IMG/VR virus record: IMGVR_UViG_3300045988_147305
From: a virus
Taxonomy: Duplodnaviria; Heunggongvirae; Uroviricota; Caudoviricetes
Direction: 5' to 3' (one strand)
DNA length: 64,000 nt
Shown: piece after piece, positions 21,933 to 32,789 of the stretch
Layout of the letters: each line of letters opens with the position of its first letter
Position numbering within the stretch: the first letter of the stretch is position 1
Notes under the pieces: generated by a model
Databases searched by the model: none
Seen by the model: only the letters and a program-made list of their open reading frames with translations
Told to the model about the DNA's origin: nothing
Program-made: the position numbers and the translations under genes

Positions 21933-22393
21933 CCACTATTACCAATAAGAAACAGTATCCCAGCGAGCAATATCTTAATGAGCTGATCACCAACATAGAG
22001 TTTGCCGCAAGGGCACCAGTTGAAGTCGTGAGAGCAATGGCAGCAGAGCTACAGAAGCGGCGCGAAGCTGATAGTGCAGAACCAGTTGCTTATATTTTCA
22101 AACATCCGGCCGGGAAATTATTCTGGGCTTTAACGGATGAAAGCAATAAAGAGCAAGCGGACGTTATTCCTGTTTATGCTGCCGCGCCTGCGTCGGTTGT
22201 GCCGGATAATGCATCAGAGCCTCTTGCTTATGCTTACAAAGAGCTTACGCCTGAGATTATGCGCAACCATTTAGCTGTATTCGAGCGATATGGAATAGCC
22301 CCAAACGATAGCACTACCACAATTCAGGCACTGCGAATCGCGCTGGATGGTATAGAGCGGAGCGACGCCATGCTTCAGGGTAAAGGAGGGTGA
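21929..22393 (+). CDS. hypothetical protein, 154 aa
   Basis: ATGA-coupled ORF. Confidence 0.4.
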   Translation: MTTITNKKQYPSEQYLNELITNIEFAARAPVEVVRAMAAELQKRREADSAEPVAYIFKHPAGKLFWALTDESNKEQADVIPVYAAAPASVVPDNASEPLAYAYKELTPEIMRNHLAVFERYGIAPNDSTTTIQALRIALDGIERSDAMLQGKGG

Positions 22394-22394
22394 T

Positions 22395-22604
22395 ATGGCT
22401 ATTGCCGCAAGTTACACAATGCATCTCTATTGTGATTGCCTCCAGTGTACAGATGGCAAATATAAGTCGCCAGACTTCGGTGAGTATATCGGTACGTCAT
22501 GGTCTGGTTGTGCAAAAGAGGCCCGTAAAGACGGGTGGCGAATAAGCGCCGACAAAACACGTGCTTTTGCGCCCGGGCATAAAGTTTTGAGGATTAACAA
22601 ATGA
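22395..22604 (+). CDS. Cys-rich small protein, 69 aa
   Basis: CDCLQC motif; coupled to flanking ORFs. Confidence 0.35.
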   Translation: MAIAASYTMHLYCDCLQCTDGKYKSPDFGEYIGTSWSGCAKEARKDGWRISADKTRAFAPGHKVLRINK

Positions 22605-23209
22605 CCACTATTACCAGAGAACAAACTCTGAAAATTATTGAGGCAGCCGATGAGGTTATTAGTGCGCTTGCCGGAACTAACGAGGATGTTCACCCTGGTA
22701 GCGATAACATGCTACGCCTGTGGGATGACCTGAATGACCGTTACGCGCCCCCGGAAGTAGTGCGTGAGCTGGCACGAATTGTGCTGGCATCGCTGGAAGC
22801 CGAACCTGTAAGCCAAACTTACAACTTGCCAGAATTAATCGAGGGCATGGAAGTTTCCATTGATGTAAGCACTTGTGATGCTGATTTAGGTAATCGCTAT
22901 TTCGGCACCGTCACCGAGGCGTCAGAACTTGATACTGCCAAGAATGGTTACATCCTCCTGGTTCAGGACGCAGAGCCAAACTTCGATGTAAATGGCAACT
23001 CTCCGGTAACTCCGGATAGTTGGATAAGCTGTAGTGAGCGAATGCCCGCTCAAGATGATTGGATTTTAATTTATTCAAAGCACGGCGAGTATATGGCAGG
23101 CCAGGTGCAAGGGGAATACGTGGAGTTGAGCGACGGCACTTTATCGTGGTTAGGGAACGCCTTGTTCTGGATGCCGCTACCAGAACCGCCGCAGGAGGTG
23201 AATCAATGA
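22601..23209 (+). CDS. hypothetical protein with DUF551-like C-terminus, 202 aa
   Basis: C-terminal W.S.SERMP...W...MPLPEPP pattern. Confidence 0.4.
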   Translation: MTTITREQTLKIIEAADEVISALAGTNEDVHPGSDNMLRLWDDLNDRYAPPEVVRELARIVLASLEAEPVSQTYNLPELIEGMEVSIDVSTCDADLGNRYFGTVTEASELDTAKNGYILLVQDAEPNFDVNGNSPVTPDSWISCSERMPAQDDWILIYSKHGEYMAGQVQGEYVELSDGTLSWLGNALFWMPLPEPPQEVNQ

Positions 23210-23273
23210 GCTGGCCTGAAGCATTCACCACGGTAGGAATTGTGATGGCGGCAGCACTGGGTTTGTATTCAAT

Positions 23274-23525
23274 TTGTCGCTGGTGGTAACGATGGGAAAA
23301 ATAACTTTTGTAGTCGAATTTGAGGATGGCAAAGAGCCACCTGTTAGCGCCAATCTTGATGTTGCTGGTGGCAGGCTTGTTTCGGTTCTATTTGGTGACT
23401 ACCGAGATGACTTCTTCCAACCAGAAGAAGTTGATGTAGTGCGAGAGGCATTAAACGAGTTAAGTGTTGATAACGATGATGCTCATGCGGAAATCATCCA
23501 AAAAATGGAACTGCTAACTCACTAA
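23274..23525 (+). CDS. acidic hypothetical protein, 83 aa
   Basis: ORF only. Confidence 0.35.
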   Translation: MSLVVTMGKITFVVEFEDGKEPPVSANLDVAGGRLVSVLFGDYRDDFFQPEEVDVVREALNELSVDNDDAHAEIIQKMELLTH

Positions 23526-23573
23526 ATTATCAATTATGGTGCTATCACCTACGACACCGAGAGAAAATTTATA

Positions 23574-23696
23574 ATGTCAAAAGTAAATGTTTTGATTTTT
23601 TCAGCAATTGTTGGCTTTGGTTTTACTGCCGGAGTGCAGATTTATATTACGTGGGAAAAAATCATCAACTACGCATGGAGTTGTTTTATTAAGTGA
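23574..23696 (+). CDS. 40-aa hydrophobic peptide (MSKVNVLIFSAIVGFGFTAGVQIYITWEKIINYAWSCFIK)
   Basis: Single predicted TM helix; next gene's RBS GAGGTAAG follows immediately; found by hand. Confidence 0.35.
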   Translation: MSKVNVLIFSAIVGFGFTAGVQIYITWEKIINYAWSCFIK

Positions 23697-23703
23697 GGTA
23701 AGT

Positions 23704-23997
23704 ATGTGGAGAGGTAATAGTCATGGCAAAAGCCAGATGATACTTACCGAATATCAGTTTGACCATAAAACCAATAAATCACGTTCAGTATATTTGCTTC
23801 GGCACAATAGCCGCGTAATGAATACCGTGCTGGAGCAAAATCTGACTGTTGAAATAGATAGTTACGGGGGCTTCAAGCCAACAATTTCGCTTGATGATTT
23901 TCCTCGTGGTTTAAGCGAAAGAGAAGCAATGCTGAAATTAGCAGAATGGCTACAAAGATTAAGCATTGCTATTGAAGATAACTGGTCTGAACCTTAA
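23704..23997 (+). CDS. hypothetical protein, ~97 aa
   Basis: ATG 23704 with RBS GAGGTAAG, in frame within track ORF 23608..23997. Confidence 0.4.
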   Translation: MWRGNSHGKSQMILTEYQFDHKTNKSRSVYLLRHNSRVMNTVLEQNLTVEIDSYGGFKPTISLDDFPRGLSEREAMLKLAEWLQRLSIAIEDNWSEP

Positions 23998-24003
23998 ATT
24001 TAT

Positions 24004-24378
24004 ATGATGACACTAAAACATTTTCTTGACCGCCCATTATGGGCGGCAGCCGCAGGCTATGACTTTAATTATATGGATTGCATGTCTTATACCGCCAATG
24101 CATACGACTATTCCTTCAGTCTGCTGCTTAATTCTTTAAGAATATTGCCGCAAACAGAAGTTGGAGAGCTTCATTTATGGCTATTGGGCTTTATCGCGGC
24201 TGGAGTTGGTATTGCTGTATGGCCTTTTATTTTCTGGCTGGTGGCTGTTGTAGTGTGGTTTAAGTGCAAGACGTACCGGAGAAAGTATTTCTTAGGTGAT
24301 GGAATGACTGATATTGCCAAAATGAACATTGAAAAATGGACTAAGGAATGTGAAAAGAAATGGCGCAAAAAGAAATGA
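24004..24378 (+). CDS. membrane protein, 124 aa
   Basis: Hydrophobic stretch LWLLGFIAAGVGIAVWPFIFWLVAVVVWF; Lys-rich C-terminus. Confidence 0.45.
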   Translation: MMTLKHFLDRPLWAAAAGYDFNYMDCMSYTANAYDYSFSLLLNSLRILPQTEVGELHLWLLGFIAAGVGIAVWPFIFWLVAVVVWFKCKTYRRKYFLGDGMTDIAKMNIEKWTKECEKKWRKKK

Positions 24379-25268
24379 CCAGAATCACTGAAGAGCGTAT
24401 ATCAGAGATTATTTCCCGTATCGAAATGTATGGTCACGGTGCTGGATATACGGCAGATGAAGTATTGGCACTTGCCCAAATGGCTTTGGCGGCTTGCAAA
24501 GATGATAAAAAAATGAAGTTTATCGACTTGTTAGTGAAGGAACTGCCTAAGTGCGGCGGGTGGCCTGATGGAATGAGTTATTGTTACCTACCCAGTGTCA
24601 ATTTAATGGCACCATGCGCGACTTTTGCTTTTGGCTCAGACCACAAAAAAGACACTTTCTTTGGGCGCAATTTTTGTTGTGAGATTGAGCTTCCAATTGG
24701 TGACCTTGATAGCGATGAATACCAGTCAGTTGTCACTCGCGAACAATACGAATCAGCTCTCATAGCGTCGCAGAAAGTCGAGTTCAATGGTGATGAACTT
24801 GAAAGTAAGACTTACAGGTTGGATTTTGGGCAATGGCTGGAACAGCAACGCGGGAAAATCGATGTGGACTGTGGTTGTGTGTCCACTGAAACATTCATGC
24901 ACTGGCTGCGGGTAGCTTACGAGGCTGGCAACTATCCGGATATTCCGGATAGTTCGGTGCCAGCACCAGGAAAGGGCGTCACCGGTGAACGTATCCGAAT
25001 TAAGCCGCATGTTTATCGCGAACTGGTTAACCGTCTCCACGATACAGCGATCAAGTGTGCTGGCACCCAGCAATTACGAGAAAGAATTAGCCGTGTTTTG
25101 GGCGACGTTATTACACCAGATCATCATAAACAAGCCGAGAAAAGCGGTCTGGAAAGGAGTCATCTTGAAGCGGCATTAAACATTAAACCGGGGCATACGC
25201 TAGGTGTCATTGATGCCATGTTGGTTCATGAAATGGCTAAGGCGTTATTGCCACTGGAGGCTGATTAA
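24360..25268 (+). CDS. hypothetical protein, 302 aa
   Basis: ORF only. Confidence 0.45.
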   Translation: MAQKEMTRITEERISEIISRIEMYGHGAGYTADEVLALAQMALAACKDDKKMKFIDLLVKELPKCGGWPDGMSYCYLPSVNLMAPCATFAFGSDHKKDTFFGRNFCCEIELPIGDLDSDEYQSVVTREQYESALIASQKVEFNGDELESKTYRLDFGQWLEQQRGKIDVDCGCVSTETFMHWLRVAYEAGNYPDIPDSSVPAPGKGVTGERIRIKPHVYRELVNRLHDTAIKCAGTQQLRERISRVLGDVITPDHHKQAEKSGLERSHLEAALNIKPGHTLGVIDAMLVHEMAKALLPLEAD

Positions 25269-25331
25269 ATTCCGGATAAAGCTGATATCTGATCACCATG
25301 CTAAAATCCCCTCAATTCACAGAGGGGATTT

Positions 25332-25604
25332 TTGTATATGTTGCGTAGATTTTTAGGTAAAAGCGTTATTGTCGGTGCGATGTTGGCTATGTCTGGGTGT
25401 GCTATGGTGCAATACAATGACGGAGAAAAGGTTAGCATCCAGTCAGATGGTTGGTATGGCCTGGATAGCCTGCAAAAAACAGCGGATAAAGCCTGCCAGC
25501 AATACGGAAAGTCTAAAGCCGTATATCAGCATAGCGCGAACGCTAACCCTCATCTTGCGCCCGGTTCGGGTGTTCAGAATACCATCTGGAAATGTGAGCC
25601 TTAA
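25332..25604 (+). CDS. small lipoprotein, ~90 aa
   Basis: Signal peptide ending in lipobox-like AMSGC. Confidence 0.45.
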   Translation: MYMLRRFLGKSVIVGAMLAMSGCAMVQYNDGEKVSIQSDGWYGLDSLQKTADKACQQYGKSKAVYQHSANANPHLAPGSGVQNTIWKCEP

Positions 25605-25606
25605 AC

Positions 25607-25855
25607 ATGAGCGACTGGAATATTGCAGCCAAAAGTCAGGAAGAACGGGATAAGGTTAACGTAGATCTGGCTGCCAGCGGTGTGGCGTACAAAGAGCGAT
25701 TGAACATACCAGTCATAGCGGAACAGGTGGCCAGGGAACAACCTGAGCACTTGCGTGCATGTTTCATGGAAAGACTACGTTATTACCGCGAGCAGAGCGT
25801 GAAACTACCAAAAGGAAGTGATCCGGTATATCAAAAGGCAGATCCACAAAAATAA
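25607..25855 (+). CDS. hot: homolog of DNA polymerase III theta subunit (HolE)
   Basis: [35 protein letters not shown] closely parallels E. coli HolE. Confidence 0.8.
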   Translation: MSDWNIAAKSQEERDKVNVDLAASGVAYKERLNIPVIAEQVAREQPEHLRACFMERLRYYREQSVKLPKGSDPVYQKADPQK

Positions 25856-25930
25856 GCCTTTTCAATAAGCTATATCACCACCAGCTAAAAAATACATTCT
25901 GACTTGCATGAAATGCGCCCTTTAGCGATA

Positions 25931-25950
25931 TACTGTATATAAACACAGTA
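25931..25950 (+). promoter_or_regulatory. LexA box (SOS operator) upstream of humD
   Basis: TACTGTATATAAACACAGTA = CTGT-N8-ACAG palindrome; RBS AGGAGGG follows. Confidence 0.8.
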
Positions 25951-25966
25951 TTTAGGAGGGCGTATA

Positions 25967-26359
25967 ATGGGATTCCCATCACCAGCAGCCGATTTTGCTG
26001 AAAGCAGAATTTCGCTTGACGCACAATTCATCAAACGACCAACCGCAACATATTTCATGCGGGCCGCCTGCTCACATCTCCGTGAGGGGATTTTGCAAGG
26101 TGCAATGCTGGTGGTTGATTCATCTCTTCCACCACTGGATGGTTCTCTACTCATATGTGCCGTAGAGGGAGAATTTCGCGTAAAGCGATACCGCAAGCAT
26201 CCTCGCCCACACCTTGAGGATCTGGAAAGCGGAAGACGTGAGTCACTGCCAGATGATGATGACAGCAGCTATTCCGGGAGTCAGGCCATATTCGGGGTAA
26301 TCACATACATCATTAACGATGCCAGGAGTGGGGAATTTGATGATTGCCCGGTGATTTAA
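25967..26359 (+). CDS. humD: UmuD-like SOS mutagenesis protein
   Basis: LexA/UmuD-type S24 peptidase fold, 130 aa, immediately downstream of a LexA box. Confidence 0.8.
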   Translation: MGFPSPAADFAESRISLDAQFIKRPTATYFMRAACSHLREGILQGAMLVVDSSLPPLDGSLLICAVEGEFRVKRYRKHPRPHLEDLESGRRESLPDDDDSSYSGSQAIFGVITYIINDARSGEFDDCPVI

Positions 26360-26431
26360 GCTGCAAAGAGCTGGTGCTTTATGCTTGTGAAGTTTATACT
26401 TGTGTACACATAACGAGTACACGAGGTGTTT

Positions 26432-26653
26432 ATGCAATCCATTAACTTCCGTACCGCGCGTGGCAACCTTTCTGAAGTGCTCAACAATGTTGAAGCCGGG
26501 GAAGAGGTTGAAATCACCCGCAGAGGCCGTGAGCCAGCAGTAATTGTCAGCAAGGCTACTTTCGAAGCCTACAAAAAAGCGGCGCTGGATGCTGAATTTG
26601 CATCCCTGTTTGACACCCTGGACTCCACCAACAAGGAACTGGTTAACCGATAA
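26432..26653 (+). CDS. phd: Phd antitoxin (prevent host death)
   Basis: [40 protein letters not shown] matches P1 Phd as recalled; 73 aa from ATG 26432. Confidence 0.9.
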
Positions 26654-27033
26654 TGAGGCATATATCACCGGAAGAACTTATTGCGCTTCATGATGCGAAT
26701 ATAAGCCGCTACGGCGGCCTGCCGGGAATGTCTGATCCGGGTAGGGCAGAGGCCATTATCGGGAGAGTTCAGGCCAGAGTTGCCTACGAAGAGATCACCG
26801 ACCTTTTCGAAGTCTCCGCCACCTACCTGGTGGCTACAGCGAGAGGGCATATATTCAATGATGCCAATAAGCGTACCGCGCTAAACAGCGCGCTGCTATT
26901 TCTACGCCGTAACGGGGTGCAGGTATTTGATTCACCTGAACTGGCAGACCTTACTGTAGGGGCTGCGACTGGCGAGATATCTGTATCTTCTGTCGCCGAC
27001 ACGTTACGTAGATTGTATGGTTCTGCGGAGTAG
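26653..27033 (+). CDS. doc: Doc toxin (death on curing), Fic-fold kinase
   Basis: 126 aa; Fic-like motif [11 protein letters not shown]; ATGA-coupled to phd. Confidence 0.9.
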
Positions 27034-27037
27034 ATTA

Positions 27038-27217
27038 ATGGCACGCAAATACAACAAATTGTCCCGTGAAGCGTTAAAGATGCTTCTTGATGGCGTGAGT
27101 CGCCGCAAGGTAAAGCAATACCTGGTTGGTAAGCAAATTGGAGTCAGGACCGCTATTGCTGTGTTATGCCGTCAGGAAATGGTTGTGCTTAAACAGAGAA
27201 TGCCGGGCAGCAGATAA
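27038..27217 (+). CDS. pdcA: post-doc small protein, ~59 aa
   Basis: Position after doc; ATG 27038 in frame within track ORF 27017..27217. Confidence 0.5.
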   Translation: MARKYNKLSREALKMLLDGVSRRKVKQYLVGKQIGVRTAIAVLCRQEMVVLKQRMPGSR

Positions 27218-27244
27218 AGCCCAATCAGTGATTAAAGGTGTGAT

Positions 27245-28288
27245 GTGAAAGCCGTAATTACTCCCTTTGTACAGAAAGAGCTTGGCCTCGCCACGTTCAA
27301 AGTGGATCAGGAGGTCAGAAAGCTGGTGGAGGCTGGCCGTAAATTTATTATGGAGCCGGTGCCGCGTGAGTTAATCGAGCACATGGAAGACGGCCTCGTT
27401 GTTACCGAGCAAACCATGGCAACAAATGAGGCGTTGCAGCCGTTTTTTAACAGCGATGAACTGTTTCGCCGTATTGGTGGAATTGACGCGCTGGTGGCGT
27501 GGTTGCGTAGGAAAGAGGGTCAATGCCAGGCCGCAGATCGTAGTTGGTGTGACAACCATATTGTCCACGCTGAACGAGACAATAGCGCGGTGTTGTTGTG
27601 CTGGCATCACGATAACCATTACCGGATGCGTGGTTTTAATGAGCTGAAAGAAACGCTGCACAATAATCGCGTTAACTGGATACTGGATGTCGCCCGTCAG
27701 GAAATGGGCCTTTCAAATAGCCATGATTTAAGTATTCAGGAGCTGTGCTGGTGGGCTTTCATGCGCAACATGATGCACCTGATGCCGGAAGAAGTCTGCC
27801 GCATATCAATAAATAAGATGAAGGCTACTCCGCAGGATAGCGGACCTCTGAAAGAGGCGGATATTCGCCCGTATGACGATCGCGCTACAGCATATGTTCA
27901 GATGATGGAAGAACGCGCCGCGCCGATGCGTGCAAAAGTATGCCCTGTGGATGTTGACGCCGACCCTGGCATGGCGCATTTCAAAATACCAAAACTTCAA
28001 TCGCTAAAATTGCCCGAGTACATGGATTTTGTGGCTTCCCGTCCATGCTGTGGCTGTGGAGCTGCGGGAGCTGGCGCTCACATTACGCCTTATATCGTTC
28101 GTCATAGTCGATTATGCGCGCATGACATTTATGCTATTCCTCTGTGCCAGTCATGCCAGCGTGATATTGAGCGTGACCGCGATAATTGGGAGAAGACGCA
28201 CGGTAGGCTGGCGATGCATCAACGATTGTTCTTTGATTACGCGCTTGGAGTCGGCGCTATCACAAGTCATTCGTCGAGCGTTAGATAA
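27245..28288 (+). CDS. pdcB: post-doc protein, 347 aa, Cys/His-rich
   Basis: Synteny; C-terminal [12 protein letters not shown] and CQSCQRD clusters. Confidence 0.55.
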   Translation: MKAVITPFVQKELGLATFKVDQEVRKLVEAGRKFIMEPVPRELIEHMEDGLVVTEQTMATNEALQPFFNSDELFRRIGGIDALVAWLRRKEGQCQAADRSWCDNHIVHAERDNSAVLLCWHHDNHYRMRGFNELKETLHNNRVNWILDVARQEMGLSNSHDLSIQELCWWAFMRNMMHLMPEEVCRISINKMKATPQDSGPLKEADIRPYDDRATAYVQMMEERAAPMRAKVCPVDVDADPGMAHFKIPKLQSLKLPEYMDFVASRPCCGCGAAGAGAHITPYIVRHSRLCAHDIYAIPLCQSCQRDIERDRDNWEKTHGRLAMHQRLFFDYALGVGAITSHSSSVR

Positions 28289-28289
28289 A

Positions 28290-28306
28290 ATTGCTCTAAT
28301 GTATTG
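28290..28306 (+). promoter_or_regulatory. C1 operator upstream of lpa (ATTGCTCTAATGTATTG), overlapping a candidate promoter (-35 TTGCTA, -10 TATTAT ~28326)
   Basis: Operator-like 17-mer with promoter hexamers at 17-bp spacing. Confidence 0.55.
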
Positions 28307-28376
28307 CTATTTCTTTAATCGAGGGTATTATATTCGACGTTGATTAGTTGACATGGGCTAATCAGTAGGTGACAGG

Positions 28377-28829
28377 ATGTTACTTAACTGGCAGGGACGC
28401 CACTTCATGGAAATAAATCACTCACGAATAACATCGTACGAGATTGCGGATTACATGATCCGCACTAAATCTCTTCTATCAGCGAAAGATCTCGCAGCAA
28501 TTCTTGAAAAGGAATACCCGCATCTGGATGTCGATAAGCGCGATGTTTATCTGCGCTTAAAGGCTATCGCTGTGTCTAAGTATTCGTCTGTTTTGATTGA
28601 TGACAGTACACGCCCACGTAGATTTCAGATCCACTCTCTGAATCCTGAATTCTTTCGCCGCAGCCGCGCTCCGCGCCGGTTTGATGAAAAACTCCAGAAC
28701 GAACTCTATATGACGCAGGACGAAAAGGAACGCCGGGAGCACCAGCCTTGGGTGATGGCGCGTCAACTTTTCAATAAGGTGGTCCGTCAGCACCGTCATT
28801 ACGGTAATGCCACATCCGCACGTATCTGA
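28377..28829 (+). CDS. lpa: late promoter activator
   Basis: 150 aa; position between pdcB and pacA with an upstream C1 operator, as in P1. Confidence 0.6.
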   Translation: MLLNWQGRHFMEINHSRITSYEIADYMIRTKSLLSAKDLAAILEKEYPHLDVDKRDVYLRLKAIAVSKYSSVLIDDSTRPRRFQIHSLNPEFFRRSRAPRRFDEKLQNELYMTQDEKERREHQPWVMARQLFNKVVRQHRHYGNATSARI

Positions 28830-28915
28830 TTGATTGCTTGCCCGTTCCGGGCCTTTTGACATGTGACTTTCGTTACCCTCGCGTCAAAAAGAGTTTTATA
28901 CGAAAGGAAGCATAA

Positions 28916-30109
28916 GTGACCTGGGACGATCACAAGAAGAATTTTGCTCGCCTGGCGCGAGATGGTGGTTACACCATCGCACAATATGCCGCCGAGTTTA
29001 ATCTCAACCCAAACACCGCACGTCGTTATCTCCGTGCATTCAAAGAAGACACCGGAACAGCGGACAGCCGTAAGCCAAATAAGCCTGTCAGAAAACCACT
29101 AAAAAGCATGATCATTGATCACGATAATGATCAACGTGCAGGTGATCACGTTGTGGCTGAAATGGTTGAAAAACAAAGAGTTAATGCTGTTGTCAGTGCC
29201 GCAGTCGAGAACGCGAAGCGCCAGAATAAGCGCATAAATGATCGTTCTGATGATCATGACGTGATCACCCGCGCCCACCGGACCTTACGTGATCGCCTGG
29301 AACGCGACACCCTGGATGATGATGGTGAACGCTTTGAATTCGAAGCTGGCGATTACCTGATAGATAACGTTGAAGCGCGGAAGGCCGCGCGCGCTATGTT
29401 GCGTCGGTCCGGGGCTGATGTTCTGGAAACCACTCTTCTGGAAAAGTCTCTTTCTCATCTCCTTATGCTGGAGAACGCCAGGGATACGTGTATTCGCCTG
29501 GTGCAGGAAATGCGCGATCAGCAAAAAGACGATGATGAAGGTACTCCGCCTGAATACCGTATCGCGAGCATGCTAAACAGCTGTTCCGCGCAGATAAGCA
29601 GTCTGATCAACACCATTTACAGCATCCGGAATAACTATCGAAAAGAAAGCCGGGAGGCGGAAAAGCACGCTTTGTCTATGGGGCAAGCTGGCATTGTTAA
29701 GCTGGCATACGAACGAAAGCGTGAAAACAACTGGTCAGTGCTGGAGGCAGCTGAATTCATCGAGGCGCATGGAGGGAAAGTACCGCCCCTGATGCTGGAG
29801 CAAATCAAAGCCGATCTGCGTGCTCCTAAGACCAATACCGATGATGAGGAAAGGCAAACAGCCGTCGGTGGCCCTTCTCTTGAAGATCTGGACAAAGTTG
29901 CGCGAGAACGGGCCGCCAACCGCCGCGCCGATGCCGCATTGTGGATTGAGCAGCGTAGGGAAGAAATCGCCGATATCGTTGATACAGGCGGTTATGGAGA
30001 TGTTGATACTGAAGGTGTATCAAACGACCCATGGCTGGAACAAGACCTGGACGAAGACGAGGAGGAAGACGAAGAAGTTACCCGCAAGCTATACGGGGAT
30101 GATGATTAA
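28916..30109 (+). CDS. pacA: terminase small (pac-recognition) subunit PacA
   Basis: 397 aa; contains the pac hexamer cluster; acidic C-terminus; GTG start. Confidence 0.75.
   Translation: MTWDDHKKNFARLARDGGYTIAQYAAEFNLNPNTARRYLRAFKEDTGTADSRKPNKPVRKPLKSMIIDHDNDQRAGDHVVAEMVEKQRVNAVVSAAVENAKRQNKRINDRSDDHDVITRAHRTLRDRLERDTLDDDGERFEFEAGDYLIDNVEARKAARAMLRRSGADVLETTLLEKSLSHLLMLENARDTCIRLVQEMRDQQKDDDEGTPPEYRIASMLNSCSAQISSLINTIYSIRNNYRKESREAEKHALSMGQAGIVKLAYERKRENNWSVLEAAEFIEAHGGKVPPLMLEQIKADLRAPKTNTDDEERQTAVGGPSLEDLDKVARERAANRRADAALWIEQRREEIADIVDTGGYGDVDTEGVSNDPWLEQDLDEDEEEDEEVTRKLYGDDD
29109..29295 (+). other. pac packaging site: two clusters of TGATCA/G hexamers (4 at 29109-29148; 4 at 29239-29295), each containing a Dam GATC
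   Basis: Hexamers counted directly in the sequence; matches the recalled P1 pac architecture. Confidence 0.75.
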
Positions 30110-31593
30110 TGGCCAGAAGTTGCGTAACGGATCCACGTTGGCGCGAGCTGGTGGCGCTATATCGTTATGACTGGATTGCGGCCGCTGATGTTTTGTTCGG
30201 CAAAACACCTACCTGGCAGCAGGATCTGATTATTGAGTCTGTGCAGGAACAGGGTAGCAAGACATCTGTTTCGTCTGGTCACGGTACCGGGAAATCAGAC
30301 ATGACTTCTATCATGATCATGTTGTTCATAATCATGTATCCCGGTGCCCGCGCCATTATCGTTGCGAACAAAATTCAGCAGGTAATGACCGGTATATTCA
30401 AGTACATCAAGATAAACTGGGCTACTGCCACCAGCCGTTTCCCATGGCTTGCTGATTATTTTGTTCTGACAGAAACCGCTTTCTATGAGGTTACTGGTAA
30501 AGGTGTATGGACTGTAGTACCGAAGGGCTTTCGTCTGGGAAGTGAAGAAGCTCTCGCCGGTGAACACGCAGATCATCTTCTGTATATTATCGATGAAGCC
30601 TCCGGTGTCAGTGATAGAGCTTTCGGTATCATCACCGGTGCTCTTACCGGACAGGATAACCGCATCTTATTACTGTCACAGCCTACACGCCCAAGCGGCT
30701 ATTTCTACGATACTCATCATAAACTGGCCAAGCGTCCTGGTAACCCTGATGGCGTTTATACGGCGATCACGCTTAACAGTGAGGAATCACCGCTGGTAAC
30801 GCCAGCATTTATCAAAATGAAGCTGGCGGAGTACGGCGGGCGTGATAACCCTATGTACATGATTAAGGTACGCGGACTATTCCCTAAATCACAGGATGGC
30901 TTCCTTCTTGGACGTGATGAGGTTGAACGTGCGACGCGGCGGAAAGTCAAGATTGCCAAAGGATGGGGCTGGCTTGCATGTGTGGACGTTGCTGGTGGTA
31001 CGGGACGGGATAAGTCCGTTATCAATATCATGATGGTGTCCGGCCAGCGAAATAAACGCCGTGTAATCAACTATCGAATGCTGGAATACACAGACGTTAC
31101 AGAAACGCAGCTTGCCGCCAAAATTTTCGCAGAATGTAATCCTGAGCGATTCCCAAATATCACCATAGCGATAGACGGCGATGGCCTGGGTAAAGCAACG
31201 GCGGATCTGATGTACGAGTATTATGGTATTACCGTACAGCGTATACGCTGGGGTAAAAAGATGCATAGCCGTGAAGATAAGAGCCTGTACTTTGATAAAC
31301 GTGCTTATGCCAACGTTCAAGCCGCAGAGGCCGTAAAATCTGGTCGTATGAGACTGGATAAGGGTAATGAAACTATTGAGGAAGCGTCGAAAATCCCTGT
31401 AGGGATTAACTCCGCAGGTCAATGGAAGGTGATGAGTAAGGAGGATATGAAGAAAAAACTCAACCTGCACTCACCAGACCATTGGGATACATATTGTTTC
31501 GCTATGCTGGCGGATTATGTTCCCCAGGATGAAGTGCTTAGCATCGAAGACGAAGCGCAGGTTGATGAAGCCTTGGCATGGCTTAATGAATAA
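30109..31593 (+). CDS. pacB: terminase large subunit PacB
   Basis: 494 aa; Walker A SGHGTGKS, Walker [11 protein letters not shown]-terminal nuclease-like region. Confidence 0.8.
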   Translation: MARSCVTDPRWRELVALYRYDWIAAADVLFGKTPTWQQDLIIESVQEQGSKTSVSSGHGTGKSDMTSIMIMLFIIMYPGARAIIVANKIQQVMTGIFKYIKINWATATSRFPWLADYFVLTETAFYEVTGKGVWTVVPKGFRLGSEEALAGEHADHLLYIIDEASGVSDRAFGIITGALTGQDNRILLLSQPTRPSGYFYDTHHKLAKRPGNPDGVYTAITLNSEESPLVTPAFIKMKLAEYGGRDNPMYMIKVRGLFPKSQDGFLLGRDEVERATRRKVKIAKGWGWLACVDVAGGTGRDKSVINIMMVSGQRNKRRVINYRMLEYTDVTETQLAAKIFAECNPERFPNITIAIDGDGLGKATADLMYEYYGITVQRIRWGKKMHSREDKSLYFDKRAYANVQAAEAVKSGRMRLDKGNETIEEASKIPVGINSAGQWKVMSKEDMKKKLNLHSPDHWDTYCFAMLADYVPQDEVLSIEDEAQVDEALAWLNE

Positions 31594-31617
31594 CTCATTG
31601 ACCATGCCGGATAGAAA

Positions 31618-32469
31618 CTATTGCGCGCTTTCGGGGTTGTCGTTTACCGGCTGCCCCTTCTTAGTTTTACGGCTGCGCGTAACTGATGCGGCTGATTTGA
31701 CCTTTTTCTCTTCGCGAGTGATGGCAATTTGTTTTTTTACATTTTCAATATCTGCCAGGCGATATATTTTTGCCTGCGGCCAGCGGTCGCAGATGATCGG
31801 TTCTATAGAGTCATAAAGGCTAAATTTTGCTTTCTCGAATTCACCGTTGATGATGATTCCATCACGGAGAGTTTCATCGCAGATAAACACACCACACAGC
31901 GGCACATGGTAACTAACTGATTTACCATCATTGTAGTTAGGGCTACTGGAAATGTAGTGGACGCGCAGCATTGTTTCGCTAAAGCCGTGTACACGCATAC
32001 GGAATTTTTCATCCTCCGGGTACTGCTTCATTAGCTCTTTTGTTGCTTCCAGGTTCTCTATGTATTTCGCACTGTGCTCATTGATCCCCGCGCTTTTCTG
32101 GATGCGAATGTCCTTATCAATCAGATGAATAATGCGGCCAGCGGTCATGTTGACGCTGTTCACAGCTTCTGTCTGATAAGTTGTAACCTTACGCACACCG
32201 CGAAGGATGTTAGGCACTGGATATAAAATAGTCTTTGGGATATTGAGGTCTGGGTACTGTTCCAGTTCCCGCGCCATTAAAGTCCATTTATCAATTTCAG
32301 CCTGAATGCTGTCCGTTTCTTTGAACGGCAGAACGACAACCGGGCGAACAGGACGACCGTCGCTGGCGGCATCAACGTGTTGGGCGCGTGCAACAGCTTT
32401 TTTTAGAAAGAGATCCCTGAAGCTGACGAACTCCTGGTACAGTTGTTCGCCGTAGACATAATTTATCAT
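31618..32469 (-). CDS. c1: C1 immunity repressor
   Basis: 283 aa (P1 C1 length as recalled); between pacB and coi-loxP; operator-like sites cluster upstream. Confidence 0.75.
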   Translation of the reverse strand: MINYVYGEQLYQEFVSFRDLFLKKAVARAQHVDAASDGRPVRPVVVLPFKETDSIQAEIDKWTLMARELEQYPDLNIPKTILYPVPNILRGVRKVTTYQTEAVNSVNMTAGRIIHLIDKDIRIQKSAGINEHSAKYIENLEATKELMKQYPEDEKFRMRVHGFSETMLRVHYISSSPNYNDGKSVSYHVPLCGVFICDETLRDGIIINGEFEKAKFSLYDSIEPIICDRWPQAKIYRLADIENVKKQIAITREEKKVKSAASVTRSRKTKKGQPVNDNPESAQ

Positions 32470-32563
32470 TGATCCTCCTCCAGAATTGACATGGCCAACA
32501 ACTCACAGCGGATTACACTGGGAGTTGTTGGCCACCATTATAGAAGGATCCAACGAAAATAAT

Positions 32564-32580
32564 AGATTTATTAGTGCATT
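32564..32580 (-). promoter_or_regulatory. C1-operator-like site between coi and c1
   Basis: Reverse-complement 17-mer AATGCACTAATAAATCT (3 mismatches); a 12-bp perfect inverted repeat lies at 32493-32533. Confidence 0.45.
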
Positions 32581-32789
32581 TATTGTGAGTCTGGCTGGTT
32601 AGTGGCCATGAGATATTCGATTGTGTCAGTGAGATCATCCAGGTCGTCTTGGGTGATGCGGTACTCCTGATTGGATATCTTTGAGTAGTGTTCAGCAATG
32701 GCGCGGGCAGCGTCGGTTTCGGCGGGGTCTACAGATAAAGCGTTAGAGCAATGTCTAACGTCGTCGATGGTTGGTGGAATGAAAGCCAT
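32580..32789 (-). CDS. coi: C1 inactivator Coi
   Basis: 69-aa ORF immediately upstream of c1 on the same strand. Confidence 0.65.
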   Translation of the reverse strand: MAFIPPTIDDVRHCSNALSVDPAETDAARAIAEHYSKISNQEYRITQDDLDDLTDTIEYLMATNQPDSQ

